Assembly: GCA_977017645.1 (NCBI GenBank)
Contig: OZ360253.1
Location: forward strand, 29,698,001 to 29,762,000
Length of the DNA: 64,000 nucleotides
From: Torpedo marmorata
Lineage: Eukaryota
Reading direction: 5' to 3'
Numbering within the stretch: the first letter of the stretch is position 1; every line of letters starts with the position of its first letter. The position numbers and the translations under genes are program-made. The notes beneath the pieces were generated by a model, which saw nothing but the letters and a program-made list of their open reading frames with translations, did not search any database and had not been told where the DNA came from. Positions 45,170 through 59,004 of this stretch are shown piece by piece.

Positions 45170-45291
45170 GTGTTGCAGTACCGGAACATGCCCCGGATAT
45201 CCACCTCACGGATTGCAGCATTTAGAAGGGGGACACTCACCAAATCTGGGCCGTGCCCAACCAGAAGCACAGTCCCACCGGACTGAGTTGA
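45170..45291 (-). CDS. SORD: Sorbitol dehydrogenase internal exon (exon 8 equivalent), 122 bp; absent from the ORF track
   Basis: ttcctag|TCA ACT CAG...TGC AAC AC|gtaagt. Translates [40 protein letters not shown](T). Confidence 0.95.
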
Positions 45292-47218
45292 CTAGGAAAG
45301 AGAAAATCACACACGTATACCAAAAGGCAAGAGTGGGCGGCAAGGTGAACGCGACGCTATCACTGCGCCAGCGACCCGGCTTCGAATCCGGCACTGTCCG
45401 TAAGGAGTTTGTACAACCACCCCGTGACCTGGGTGGGTTTCCTCCGGGTGCTCAGGTTTCCTCCCACCTTCCAAAGACATACAGGGTTTGTAGGTTAATT
45501 GGGATATTTGGGCGGCATGGGCTCGTGGGCCGGAAGGGCCTGTTACCGTGCTGAAATAAATACAACAAAATGCATAAAATTTGAAGAATTTCAGCCAAAC
45601 TAACCAGACCTACCCTATATGCCGGTGTATAAGTCGACTTGTGTATAAGATGACCCCATGAATTTCCACCTAAAATGTAGGTTTTGAGCTGTACTCACTG
45701 TTTCAGACTACCCCAAGTCTTACTGCCCCAATAGTCCTTTACCAACCATCCTTCTGACCAGTGGAGTGATGCTGTCACAATATTTGAAAAGCAAATTACC
45801 CAGTAAAGGTTTAAATTTTATTAGCATATTTTAAAATAAACCACCGTCGGCTCCTGTAACCGGCCGTTTAAAGCCTGTACAGAGACGACGGCAGTCGGAC
45901 TGGGCGGATGGACCCCGTGGGGGAGTGCTGAGACTTCGCTGTTAAGGTTCAGATTTTATACTTGGTGGAAAGACGATCCCTGGTTTTGGGGTGACATTTA
46001 TAAAGTTCAAGGATCATCTTATACGCCAGCATATACGGTATGTTTAAAGTGGAGTAGTCTGGCAGCACACCATTCGGTTCCTGGAGCGTTGTACCCCATT
46101 ATGTTGATGGAGTTAAAATCAATTCTCACCTTTCCTCTTATCGTATCCAATTAACACCTTTTGGCTGTTGGTCTGGACTCCTCCTCCTCCCATTCTTCCC
46201 CCTTAATCTCCAGTCTTTAATTAAGATTCCAGCCTGCTTTTTGCTTATGCCTTGAAGAAGGGCTCAGGCCCGAAACGTCAGTAATATATCTTTACCTCCT
46301 ATGGATACGGCAGGACCAGCTGAGTTCCTCCAGCATCTCTGTGTATTTTAAATCTTAACCTGATAGCCTGATAGGTATTTGCTCCTTGAGAGTTGGGGAA
46401 ACACTACAAGAGGAAGTTCTTGAGGTGAGTGGCTTAGATGCTTTGCAAAGGTACGTAGGTGAGGAGGTGAGGGGGTGGGGAGGTGGGGCGTTGTGGGGGG
46501 GGGGGAGTTGGTGGGGAATAGGAAGGCATACTGAGAGGCTGATGGAATGGAAGGAGGGCTCGTGCAAGCTAAACATCAGCACAGACTGAAAGGTTGGTCC
46601 AAGTGCTTTATAGTCCATGGAATCGCATACCTAACCCTGATCTATTCTGGTCCGTTTTGATTCCCTTTGACTGCAGCTTAATCTGGCCAGGAAACTTCAA
46701 GTCAAGTCAAGTTTATTGTCATCTGATTGCAAAGTGCAAAGCCGACGAAACAGCGTTTCCGGTCCTCGGTGCAAAACACGCAGACACACAACGAGGCATA
46801 ACACATGCAGGACAAGTATTCATTTGTACAAATAAATATTGTTTCATGAATATGAGAGTCTCGGATGTTTAGTGCGAGCAGTTCCTTTGGTCGTTCAGCA
46901 GTCTCGCTGCCCGTGGGAAGAAGCTGTTCCTCAGCCTGGTGGTTCTGGCTCTGATACTCCTGTTAGATAGAGCTTTTAAAGATAGCGGAGTCAAGCGATA
47001 TGGGGAGAAGGCAGGAACAGGGTACTGATCGTGGATGATCAGCCATGATCACAGTGAATGGCGGTGCTGGCTCGAAGGGCCGAATGGCCTACTCCTGCAC
47101 CTATTGTCTATTATCTCTTTCCTTACCTACTTCCTATTTAACACTTACTCCTGACTTCACTAACTCTGGTTTGCTCCCGGATGCACAGAATGGAAAATGT
47201 ACAGTCCATGGTACTCAC

Positions 47219-47394
47219 GTAGACAGCTGCCTGGACACAGAACTCTGTCCCTGTGCACTCAATGGTAGTGCATGGCATTTCACCGAGCACAGCCCCCACT
47301 TTCTGGGCTAGGTCCTGAGGTGTCTGCTTCTCCACCTTGATGGTAAAGTTCGCCCCCAGTTCCTCCGCCTTCTCCAAACGGCCGGTTGATAAAT
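47219..47394 (-). CDS. SORD: Sorbitol dehydrogenase internal exon (exon 7 equivalent), 176 bp
   Basis: tcttag|AT TTA TCA...GCT GTC TAC|gtgagt. Translates (D)LSTGRLEKAEELGANFTIKVEKQTPQDLAQKVGAVLGEMPCTTIECTGTEFCVQAAVY. Confidence 0.95.
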
Positions 47395-49032
47395 CTAAGA
47401 AAAGAAATGCATTTCTCGTTCACCGGTAACCCTTTGAGATTTCACCTGGCTTTAGCAATCAGTGAGAGTGGTCAGCCTTAGTTGCGATTGCTGCAATTCT
47501 TTCTGCACATCAGAAGGCTTTTGGTTCAAATTCCACTCTCGAGCCTTGAGCACAAAACTCAAGACCAGGAGCTGCACTGTTGAGGTTCCATCTTCTGGAT
47601 TTTCTCATCCCTGAGGTGCATGCAAAATAATTCCCACACAACCATTGTTTGGAAGAAGTGGGGGAAGGTTTTTCCCAACATCCTGGCCAATATTGAACCT
47701 TCAATGAACATCGTAAAATAGAGGTAAATGTCTTTATCTCACTGAGGGACGTGTGCATATTGGCTGCTTCAATGACTACATGTCATTGACCGAAAAGTGC
47801 TTCAGAATGTCAAGAAGCAATAAAAGAGATGAAACCTTTCAATTTCTCAAGCCATTCTCAACCTTTTTTTGCATATGGCTCCCTTAGGACTCTGTTCAAA
47901 GTGTTTGGTCCCCCTTCCCTGTGAAGCAGTTAAGTTGAGTTGGTTTCTTCCGTACTTCTCTCCTACCGACTACATGCCCAATTACACCCAATTGACCTGG
48001 TGCGTTTTGAATGGTGGGAGGAAACCGGAGACCCCAGGGAAAACCCACGCAGACTTGGGGAGAGCGCGGGATTCGAACCCCGGTCCCAATCACTGGCACT
48101 GCAACAGCGTTGCGCTAACCGTGCCACCCATGGTTATCAGCCACCAGACCAAGTTAGCAACTTATTAGTGTGGATTTCAAGTGCTCCCCTCTGTGCATAA
48201 ACTAGGAGAGGCATTATCCCAAAACCTGTACTATTACTTGTGGCCTTCCACGGCTTGGTTCACTTACCATCACTGGAGAGGTGGGGTCGGGAGAAACTGA
48301 ATTGGCCTTAAGCACTTTTTCCTATCTCTTTCGGGTGAGTAGGAAGATTTGGGCTCAAGATGCTTTATCACAGGCTTGAGGGACCAGCCAATCAGGAGGG
48401 GAAAACCTCGACTTCAAAGCAAGATAGCAGGAGAGACCCAGACAGTGTTGATTTATTGGATAGGGGCACCACTTGCAAGGCCAGTGTTTATTACACATCC
48501 CGAATTGCTTTGGAAGAGATGGTGGTGACATGACCTCCTGAACAGGTGGGTGGAGGTAATGCCATTGTGTGGCTCGACATGTGCTCCTGGGTTTAGTAGA
48601 TGGTGTGTATCTTGGAGGGGATCTGTAGGGCTACTACCCGTGCCCTTGAGGGTGGTAGCAGGCTCAGATTTGGGAGCTGATAAGATCTACGATGAATCGC
48701 TTTGTTTAGCGAAAATCTTAGGATTCTGTTATTGCAACGCAATGTACAATGGGTTGGAATTCAAGAACAAGTTACAAAGATGTGCTGGTAGGTTAAGTGG
48801 TTGCTATAAATTTCTTTGTCAAACACGGTTAGCATAGCAGTTAGCGCCACGCTGTTGCAGCGGTTCGAATCCCGCGCTGCCTGCAAGGAGTTTGTACGTT
48901 CTCTCCGTGTATGTGTGGGTTTCCTCCGGGTGCTCCAGTTTCCTCCCACCCTTCCAAACATTCCAGGGGTTGTAGGTCAATTGGGCCTAATTGGGGCGGC
49001 GCGGGCTTATCTCTGCTCAGTAATTGAACAGA

Positions 49033-49915
49033 AGAACATAAGAAATAGGAGCAGGAGTAGGCCTTCCGGCCCGTCGAGCCTGCTCCGCCATTCAATGAGA
49101 TCATGGCTGATCTGATGATAGGCTCATCTCCACTTACCTGCCTTTTCCCCATATCACTTAATTCCCCTACTATGTAGAAATCTATCCAAACATCTTAAAT
49201 ATATTTACTGAGGTCGCCTCCACTGCTTCAACACATTCACCACCCTCTGGGAAAAGCAGTTCCTCCTCATCTCTGTCCTAAATTGACTACCCTGAATCTT
49301 GAGGCTATGTCCCCTAATTCTGGTCTCCCCCACCAATGTAAACAACATAGCTACCTCTATCTTATCTATGCCTTTCATAATTTTATATGTTTCTATAAGA
49401 TCCCCTCTCATTCTTCTAAATTCTAGCGAGTACAGTCTCAGGCAACTCAATCGCTCCTCCACTTCATCCCTGGAATCAACCTGGTGAACCTCCTCTGCAC
49501 TGCCTCCAAAGCCAGTACATCCTTCCTCAAGTAAGGAGACCAGAACTGCACGCAGTACTCCAGATGCGGCCTCACCTGTACTTTCTACAGTTGCAGAATA
49601 ACCTCCCTGCTCTTAAATTCAATCCCTCTAGCAATGAAGGCCAACATTCCATTTGCCTTCTTGATAGCCTGCTGCACCTGCAAACCACCCTTTTGCGATT
49701 CATGCACAAACACTCCCAAGTCCTTCTGCATGCCAGCATGCTGCAATCGCTTGCCATTTAAATAGTAATCGGATCTTCCATTCTTCCTTCCAAAGTGGAT
49801 AACCTCGCATTTGCTAACATTGCACTCCATCTGCCAGACCCTTGCCCACTCACTTCACCTATCTATATCCCTCTGCAGAATCTCCGTATCCTCTGCACAA
49901 TTTTCTTTTCCATTC
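49033..49915 (-). mobile_element. CR1 LINE 3' fragment (same family as 34443-35845)
   Basis: NVSKCEVIHFGRKN...QKDLGVFVH...LEFRRMRGDLIETYKIM. Confidence 0.88.
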
Positions 49916-50675
49916 AAAACAGTACGCCAAATGGAAAAGCAAATTGTGCAGAGGAATCAGAGAGTCATAAGTAAGGATGATTATGCAAGTAAGCAGCAAC
50001 AAACTTCTCAAAGAACAGGATATGAGCATCACAGGCAAGACCAGTATTTGCCGGGCAGTGGGGCTGAGTGGGAAAATGGATCAGCTCATGTTTGAATGGC
50101 GGGGCAGACTCAATGGGCTGAACGGCCTATTTCTACTCCTATGTCTTATGGTCTGAGAAGGTGGTGGCGAGATGCCTCATTGAACCGTGGCACTCCTGGT
50201 GATGGTCCTCCCATGTTGGGGAGGAAGCTCCAAGATTTGTACATTTCCATGTTGCCACAGTGCAGTGTGTAACAGGGAGGGGAGTTTGGAGCCATTGGTA
50301 CCCATAGGGGATGGAGCGGGGGGAACACCAAATCAATTGGAAACCTTGTCCGTGCAAGAACACAAATTAGGAACACTCTCTCTGTAAGCTTTTCCTTTTG
50401 GCAGTGGTGCGGTGCTGACACAATAAATTCTCTATGCAATCAGCACAGACCGAGATCAAATTACTATTGCTTTGTATTGAGGAGGTAAATCTATCACTGG
50501 AGTGCATTTGGCACCAAAAGTAACCTTCTGGCCAACTCCCACACACTGACCACACTCCACCTCTTCTAGCTTAGAACAGAGGAACACCTTCAGATATTGG
50601 GGTCCATTCAGGAGATCTTGCATTTGAAGAGTCTGGGTCAATTATTTCATAATGAAGTGGGAAAAGTGAATGAGG

Positions 50676-51392
50676 TCCAACCGGATGGCATTAACATCGA
50701 CTTCTCCGGTTTCCATTAGCCCTCCCTCCCCCCATGTATCCCTATTTCTCCTTTCCTTTAGCTCTCTCACTCTCTCTCTCTCTCTCTCGTTTTCCATAAG
50801 ACCATAAGACATAGGAGCAGAAATAGGCTATTCAGCCCATCGAGTCTGCCCCGCCATTTAATCATGAGCTGATCCATTTTCCCTCAGCCCCACTGCCCGG
50901 CCTTCTCCCCAAAACCTTTGATGCCCTGGCTAATCATGAAACTCTGCCTCTGTCTCCTTTCGTCCAGCTCTGCATTCACAGAGCCACCCCCTCTCCTGGT
51001 CAATTCTCACCTTTCCACTCCTGTCCACCTATCTATGTCCAATTATCACTTTTGTCTGTTGGTCTGTGCTCCTCCCCCTACTCCTCCCTCCTGTACATTC
51101 GCTTCCACAGCCACGTGTCCTTCCTGGCTACTTGTCTCTGTCACTATCTGCTGCCCCGTGGATTCCAGCTCCGGTTCCGGTCTGTACTCCTCCCCCTCCC
51201 ATTCTTCCCTTTTCCCCAGCCTTTTAATTCAGGCGTCTGCCTGCTTTTTACTCATACCTTGAAGAAGGGCTTAGGCCCGAAACGTCGGTTATATATCTTT
51301 ACCTCCTATGGACTTTGCGAGACCTGCTGAGTTCCTCCAGCATTTCTATGTTTTTACTACAATCTCAGCGTCTGCAGACTTTCTTGTTACAC
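50676..51392 (+). mobile_element. Penelope-like 3' end / terminal repeat
   Basis: QPDGINIDFSGF stop, pyrimidine-rich UTR, TTGAAGAAGGGCTTAGGCCCGAAACGTC and CCTGCTGAGTTCCTCCAGCA modules. Confidence 0.75.
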
Positions 51393-51399
51393 TCCATTC

Positions 51400-51972
51400 A
51401 GCTTGGGTCAAGATACTGAGCATGGGGAGAGAGAATGTGCAATAAAGTCGTATAAAACATTGGCGAGGTCACTGTGCTACAGGAAAGATGCTCTGAAGGA
51501 GGAGAGGGTGCAGAGTAGATTCATGAGGATGTTGCCAGGACTCGGGGGCCTGAGCTACAGGGAGAGGCTGAGCAGGCCGGGGCTTTATTCCTTGGAGTGC
51601 AGGAGGGTGAGGGGTGATCTCATAGAGGTGGACAAAATCATGAGAGGAATAGGTCGGATGAACACAGAGTCTTTTGCCCAGAGTAGGGGAATCGGTAACC
51701 AGAAGACATAGGTTTAAGGCGAAGGGGGGAAAGATTTAACAGGAACCTGAGGGGTAACCTTTCCTACACAGAGGGCTGTGAGTGTGTGGAGCGGGCTGCC
51801 AGTTGAGGCAGGAACTATTGCAATGAAATTTTAAAAATTGGACGGATACATGAATAGGATGGGTTTAGAGAGATATGGGCCAAACACGGTCAGGTGGGAC
51901 GAGTGTGAGTGGAAAATTGTGGTCGGCATGAGCAAGTTGGGCCGAAGGGCCTGTTTCCATGCTATGTGACTC
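51400..51972 (+). mobile_element. Decayed CR1 LINE 3' fragment
   Basis: ERVQSRFMRMLPGLGGLSYRERL...LECRRVRGDLIEV. Confidence 0.8.
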
Positions 51973-52157
51973 CAAAGGAAAGAAGGAAAAAGAAGAGGAG
52001 AATGGGATAGAAAGAGAAAGAGCGACGTACAACCACGGAGAAAAAAGAGAAAAAATTGAGGAAAAAAGGAAGAGACAGAAAAAGAGGAGAAAAATGACAA
52101 AGCGAGAGAGAGAAACAGAAATAAAGAAAGAGAAAGGAGAAAAGCAGATAGAAGAAA

Positions 52158-52534
52158 NNNNNNNNNNNNNNNNNNNNNNNNNNNNNNNNNNNNNNNNNNN
52201 NNNNNNNNNNNNNNNNNNNNNNNNNNNNNNNNNNNNNNNNNNNNNNNNNNNNNNNNNNNNNNNNNNNNNNNNNNNNNNNNNNNNNNNNNNNNNNNNNNNN
52301 NNNNNNNNNNNNNNNNNNNNNNNNNNNNNNNNNNNNNNNNNNNNNNNNNNNNNNNNNNNNNNNNNNNNNNNNNNNNNNNNNNNNNNNNNNNNNNNNNNNN
52401 NNNNNNNNNNNNNNNNNNNNNNNNNNNNNNNNNNNNNNNNNNNNNNNNNNNNNNNNNNNNNNNNNNNNNNNNNNNNNNNNNNNNNNNNNNNNNNNNNNNN
52501 NNNNNNNNNNNNNNNNNNNNNNNNNNNNNNNNNN
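52158..52534. other. Assembly gap preceded by a purine-rich tract
   Basis: Run of N. Confidence 1.
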
Positions 52535-53803
52535 AAAACAGGATGAACAATCTAAACCAGAGAAGGAAGAGGGAAGTAACTGAGAAGCAACTGAGCCTGT
52601 CAGAGATGGATGAGATGTGTCTACTTCCTTTTAGGACGAAGGGGAAGTCCCTTATCTTTGGCTGGGTGCTGACAGATTCCAGAGTGCTGCCAACATTAGG
52701 TTCCATTGTACTAATGACATTCCAAAGCCCTGGTCTTTACCCCAGGAAGACAGCTGGAAAATCTCAGTGGATCAGAGCACCCATTCTGCCAATGTGAAGT
52801 TATTCTCCTGATTTTGACCTACCATCCTTCCTCTGTTGACGATACAGTGCTCCTCCGTGTTGAACAATAATTTAATTTAATTTAGACATACAGCACGGTA
52901 ACAGGCCCTTTCGGCCCACGAGCCCGTGCCGCCCAATTACACCCAAGTGACCTACACCTGCGGTATGTTTTTGAACGGTGGGAGGAAACCGGAGCACCCG
53001 GAGGAAACCCACTCAGACACGGGGAGAACGTACAAACTCCTTGCAGATAGCGCCGGATTCGATCCTGGGTCACTGGTGCTGTAACAACGTTGCACTAACC
53101 GCTATGCTAACTGTGCCGCCCAAAAGCAGTGAAAGTAGCAAGTGCTCAGAATACACTCTGGGTGGGGGGGGGGACACGTCAAATAAACTCCACTACCAAG
53201 TGACACATCGTCCTAAGTTGGAAACACATCATGTGTCCTGCACAATCGCTGGGTCTAAATCTAAATCCTGGACCGCCCATTTAAAACAGAGATGTGGAGG
53301 AATTTCATTGGCCAGAGAGTGGTGAACCTCTGGAATTTGCTACCACGGGCAGCTGTGGAGGCCAGGTCGTTGGGTGTATTTAAGGCAGAGATTAATACAT
53401 ATCTGAATAGTCAGGGTATCAAATGTTATGGGGAGAAGGCAGGGGAGTGGGGCTGAGAGGGAGAATGGATCAGCTCATGATGGAATGGCGGAGCAGACTC
53501 GATGGGCCGAATGGCCTACTTCTGTTCTGATATCTTATGGTCTTATGATTTTGTTTCTTTTCGTGAACTCGTGTATCTTTGGCCCGACGGGAGAAGGGAG
53601 AAGAGAGTTCGACCGGGATGGGACAGGTCCCCCTACATGCTGGCAGTGTTCCCTAAACACCGGGAGATGCAGACGGTGTTGACGGAGGGGAGGTAGGCCG
53701 CAGGATGGCCCAAGCTGGTTTCACAACTTTCTGCAGCTTCCTGCAGTCTCGAGCAGAACAGTTCCTGCCCAAAGCTGTGATGCATCAAGACAGGATACGT
53801 GCT

Positions 53804-56774
53804 AAACAAAGATATTATAAATTAGGGGAAAGAGCTCATAAGGTTTTGGCATGGCAATTGAAAAAAGAACAAGTTTCCAAAACTATAAATGCTATAAGGA
53901 AGAAAAATACTGGAGAAATAACTTATAAACCTCAAGAGATAAATGAATCTTTTAAAGATTATTATCAGAATTTATATAAATCGCAGATTGATCAAGACGA
54001 TTCTAAAATTAATAGATTCCTATCCAAAATGACATTACTTAAATTGAATATTCAGGGTAGAGACTCTTTAGATTTGCCTTTTACAATGAGGGAAGTTAGT
54101 GAAGTATTTTCTTCGCAGAAGAGTGGTAAATCTCCGGGTGATGACGGGTTTCCATCAGAATTTTATAAAGAATTTAAAGATTTATTAATACCTCCATATA
54201 TGGAAGTACTAGATCAAATTACGGAAACTCATTCATTACCGAAAACATTTTAAAATGCTATAATTACAGTTATACCAAAGAATGATAGGGATGTATTAAA
54301 AACTGAATCATATAGACCTATTTCATTATTAAATGTAGATTATAAAATAATGGCAAAAATTTTAGCAAACAGAATGGCTAAATATTTGCCAGATTTGATA
54401 CATATAGATCAAGCTGGTTTTATTAAAAATAGATATTCAAAAGATAATATAGCTAGATTAATTAGTTTAATTAGTTTGCATAAAAAGAAACAAGATCTAC
54501 CATTAGTTGTAACATTAGACGCTGAAAAGGCTTTTGATAGATTAGAATGGAATTTTTTAATTAAGGTATTAGAAAAATTTGGTTTTGGAAATACATTTAT
54601 AAATTGGATTAAAGCTATATATAAAGAACCATCAGCTAAAGTAATTACAAATGGACAAATATCGCCAAAATTTTCTTTAACACGTTCTACGAGACAAGGA
54701 TGTCCTCTGTCACCAGCTTTATTTGTTTTGGCGATAGAACCCTTGGCTGAATTAGTTAGAAAAGATCCTAAGATAGTGGGTATTAAAGTTGGTATGGAAG
54801 AACATAAGATTAGTTTGTTTGCAGATGATGTATTGATATATATGACAAAATCTATTACATCACTTCAACAACTATCTATCATATTAAGAGAATATGGTGA
54901 AATATCTGGATATAAAATTAATTCTGATAAAAGTGAAATAATGGCTTTATCTCAAGGTGATTATACTAGATGTAAAGAAATTACACAATTTAAACGGGCT
55001 AAAGAAGGAATTAAATATTTGGGAGTTAAGGTTGATACAAAATTGGAAAATTTATATAAATTAAATTATCTACCATTATTTGTGAAAATAAAGAAAGATT
55101 TAGAGAATTGGAAAGATTTACCCATAACTTTAATGGGAAGAGTAAATTGTATTAAAATGAATATTTTTCCAAGAGTTCATTATCTTTTTCAATCAATTCC
55201 TTTTGGAATTCCTCAAAAAAATTTTAAAGATTTAAATTTTATTATTAGGAAATTTTTATGGAAAGGAAAGTTAGCAAGAGTAAGTATGGAAAAGTTAACT
55301 TGGAATTATGAGATGGGTGGATTGCAACTTCCTAATTTTCAAAATTATTATAAAGCAGCTCAATTAAAATTTGTTAATGAATTTTTTGATTCAACTAAAT
55401 CTTCTGCTTGGATTAAAATAGAATTAAATAATATAGGAGAAAATCTTAAAGAATAAATTATTTATAAATGGGATTCTAAATTAATATCAATAAAAAAGAA
55501 AAATTCACCGATTATTAAACATTTGTTAGAAATATGGGGTAAGACGGATAAAGAAATAGGTGGAAAAGGATTAATTTCTTCAAATATGCCATTATATCAA
55601 AATGGACTTATATCATTTACCGTTAATAATCAGTTACTTAAAATTTGGTTTCAAAAAGGTATTAAGAAGATTAATGATTGTTTTGAAGCTGGAAAATTTA
55701 TTACGTTTCAAAGAATGAAAGATAAATTTAATATACCAGATAATACATTTTTAGCTTATTATCAAGTTAAAGCTTTTTTGACTGAGAAATTAGGTTATGC
55801 TTTAATTTTACCGAGACAAAATGAGTTAGAATTATTAGTTACTAATGGAGATGTCAATAAATTTATTTCTCAAATGTATAAATTGTTTCAGAGGAAAATG
55901 CCTAAAATAGGATTGCATAAATCAAGATTAAAATGGGAATTAGATTTAAATGTAAATATAGATGAAAATCATTGGAAAGATTTATGTAAATTAAGTATGA
56001 CGAAGATTATCAATGTTAGATATAGATTAGTACAATATAATTTTTTTTCATCAATTATATTTAACACCTAAAAAATTAAAGAAATTTAATCCGACATTAT
56101 CAGGCTTATGTTTTAGATGCAATAGAGAGGAAGGTTCTTTTGTTCATTCTACATGGTTTTGTCCAAAAATTCAAGATTTTTGGTTGAAAGTTTAACATTT
56201 TTTAGATAAAGTATTTAACATTGCATTTCCAATGGATCCTATGTTATTTTTATTTGGAGATATTAAAAAATTTAGTATTAAAAAGAAATTAAATATGTTT
56301 CAAGTAGAATTTTTGCGAATTGCTTTAGCTGTTTCAAAAAAATGCATTGCTATTACTTGGAAATCTGATTTAGATTTAGGACTAGAAAGATGGCATGCAG
56401 AACTTCGTTCGTGTATACCACTGGAAAAAATTACTTATAATTTACGCAATAAATATCACTTTTTCTTGAAAATTTGGAGCCCATATATGAGAGCTGTGGG
56501 TTTAAGGATTTGAAGATCTCTAGATATCAGATCTGCTGGCATATTTGACCTCCATAATAGAATTAGTTTAGAAGGTATTCCCCTCATTCTATTCTTTTCT
56601 TTCTTTTTTCTATTTAATTTTTATTTTTATTTTTTATTAGATTAGTGGGGATGGGGGGGTTGGGGAGGGGAGGGAGGGTGGGGGGGGTGAAAATGTATCA
56701 CATGTATTTTGATAATTTTATATTTTATCTCATGTATTTTGTGATTTAAAAATTTAAATAAAATAATTTAAAAA
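53804..56774 (+). mobile_element. 5'-truncated L1 (family A), about 3 kb, containing the RT domain
   Basis: KSPGDDGFPSEFYK, YRPISLLNVDYKI, LDAEKAFDR, TRQGCPLSP and LFADD motifs with several stops; 17-bp TSD AAGACAGGATACGTGCT at 53787-53803 and 56775-56791. Confidence 0.95.
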
Positions 56775-57471
56775 AAGACAGGATACGTGCTTGATCCAGG
56801 TTCTGCATGAAATCAGCCTCAAAGGAACGTCAATCATAAACATTAAAACCCCCGGTATCCGGCACCTATGGGGATTAGTAGATGCCAGATAAGTGAATTG
56901 GCCGGTTGCTTGAGATTGTGTGTTGCGTGGATTGGCGAACTAGCTGTTAGGGGGCGCCAATTTTAAACTTTCGTATTTTTAGACACATTTATTTTCCGCA
57001 ATTTTTATGATGGTTTCTTGAGGCTGCCAGTTGCTTGAATTTCGGAGAACGGGGATTTTACTGTATAGAGCTCTGTAGTTTGTTGATGGGATGTGGACAC
57101 CACTGGTAATGCTGATGTTTATTATCTGTAATTGCATCTACCCCTACGGGGGTAGTCTGTGTGAGGACTGTCGTTAAGGTGTGGGCTGAAATAAGAAAAA
57201 TCTCGGAGGTAGTAATACACTTGGAACCTGGTTTCCCCACACAGGAAACTCGGGAGAAATCGGGTTCAAGCCAAGAGATGGATTGAGTTGACTAGCGATC
57301 TGTCAGGACAGAACTGGGCCTGGAACCCCATCTCAGTGAATAAAATGCTTCTCCTGATCAAAATGATCATTCTTTATAATCAACTCCATGATCAGGAAAA
57401 GGTCAAAAGAGTGAAACGATGGGAGGGGTTGCAAAGAAATAGACAGGTAGAGAGAAAACTCTGAGGCCTAC

Positions 57472-57537
57472 CACAAATCACAACCTGAGCCGCTCCCATT
57501 GCCTTGGCAACCAGTAGATTCAGAAGTCCAATTGGAC
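57472..57537 (-). CDS. SORD: Sorbitol dehydrogenase internal exon (human exon 6 equivalent), 66 bp
   Basis: Minus strand reads tttag|GT CCA ATT GGA...GTG ATT TGT G|gtagg. It translates (G)PIGLLNLLVAKAMGAAQVVIC, the Rossmann GxGxxG region of SORD, and its phase matches the next exon. Confidence 0.93.
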
Positions 57538-58106
57538 CTAAATAAATGATACAAATTTTGGTTATGTTCTGGCAAGAGGAAAACAGATTCATAAATTCAG
57601 AGAAAATAGAAGGCCATTCAGCCCTTCAAGCCTGCTCTACCATTCAATATGATCATGACTGATCATGCAAACTCTGTCCCCTATTCGTATTTTCTCACCA
57701 TACCCCATGATCCCTTTAACCACAAGTGCCACATCCAACTCTCTTTTGAAAATATCTCATGAACTGGCCTCGACAACTTTCTGCAGTAGAGAGTTCCACA
57801 ATCTGGTGGTGTCTATAAGGAGTTTGTACATTCTCCCCTTCTCTGCGTGGGTTTCCTCCGGGCGCTCAGGTTTCCTCCCACCCTTCAAAATGGACGGGGG
57901 TTGTAGGTTAATTGGGTGGAACGGGTTCATGGGCCGGAAGGGCCTGTTGTATGTCTAAATTTTAAAAAAAATTAAAGTTCACAACTCTCCTCATCTCAGT
58001 CTGAAAAGGGCTCACCCCCTTACCCATAGACTGTGACCCCTTGTTCTAGACTTACCCAACAGCAGGAACATTCTTCCACCTTCTTCCCCTCCGCCATCAG
58101 ATTTCT

Positions 58107-58819
58107 TTTCTTTTTAAAATATTTTTATTGAGTTTAACATATAAACTTGTATACAAATATTTTTTGGAGAGCACATAACAAGTTATCTCATATACATACA
58201 AATACAAAATAAAAAAAAACAGTTGAAACTACGTTGACCAGTTCCTGAATCCACATGAGAGACAAGTTATGAATATATTATAAAAATCATGTTGAAACCC
58301 ATATTACAAATTATTCAAACTAAAAAAAAATGATATGAAAAGAAAAAAAAAAGGACCAAACAAAAAAAAAACTAAAAGCTAAATCTAATCGATCCCCTCC
58401 CTCTAATCAAGGTTACCTTTGTAAGAAAAAGGAAAAATATAGATCAGATAGCGACCTCCAGACATCGGACAGAGAATCCTCGGAACATTCAAAATTCTTA
58501 ATTCTTCCAATCATGATAGTATTCTATGAATGGGCCCCACATCTTTAGAAATTGAAACTTTCTGTCTTTGATATTGCATCTAATTTTCTCCAAGCTCAAA
58601 TAAAACATTACATCCTGTAACCACTGTATATGTGTAGGTGAGGAATCATCTTTCCATTTCAATAAAATTGCTCGTCTGGCTATCAACGTGGAAAAAGCTA
58701 AGACTTTCTCCTGAGATGCAGACAGAAGTATATCTGGTTCACGTGAAAAACCAAACAGAGCAATTATCGGACATGGTTTTATTTTAATCTTGAAAATCAT
58801 TGATAAAGTTTGGAAAATT
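58107..58819 (-). mobile_element. L1-like 3' fragment with a 10-bp TSD, inserted in a Rex/Babar tail
   Basis: ARRAILLKWK...LSLEKIR...WGPF; TSD TCAGATTTCT at 58097-58106 and 58820-58829. Confidence 0.85.
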
Positions 58820-59004
58820 TCAGATTTCTGAACGGACAATGAACCTATGGACACTACCTCACTTTTTTGCACTAATTATTTATTTTTAAATGTTGTATTT
58901 ACGGAACCGTAACTTATAGCAATTTTGCACCTATAACGCAGAATACTACTGTGGCAAAATAACACACGTTCACAACAATAAACCTGATTCTGATTCATCT
59001 ATCC

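Noticed and set aside
51831-52706. Long ORFs spanning N runs (also 16117-16611)
   Set aside because: Artefacts of translating assembly gaps.
54350-55456. 368-aa reverse transcriptase ORF as a possible retron or other novel RT system
   Set aside because: Ordinary L1 ORF2 segment within a TSD-flanked, 5'-truncated, stop-containing copy.
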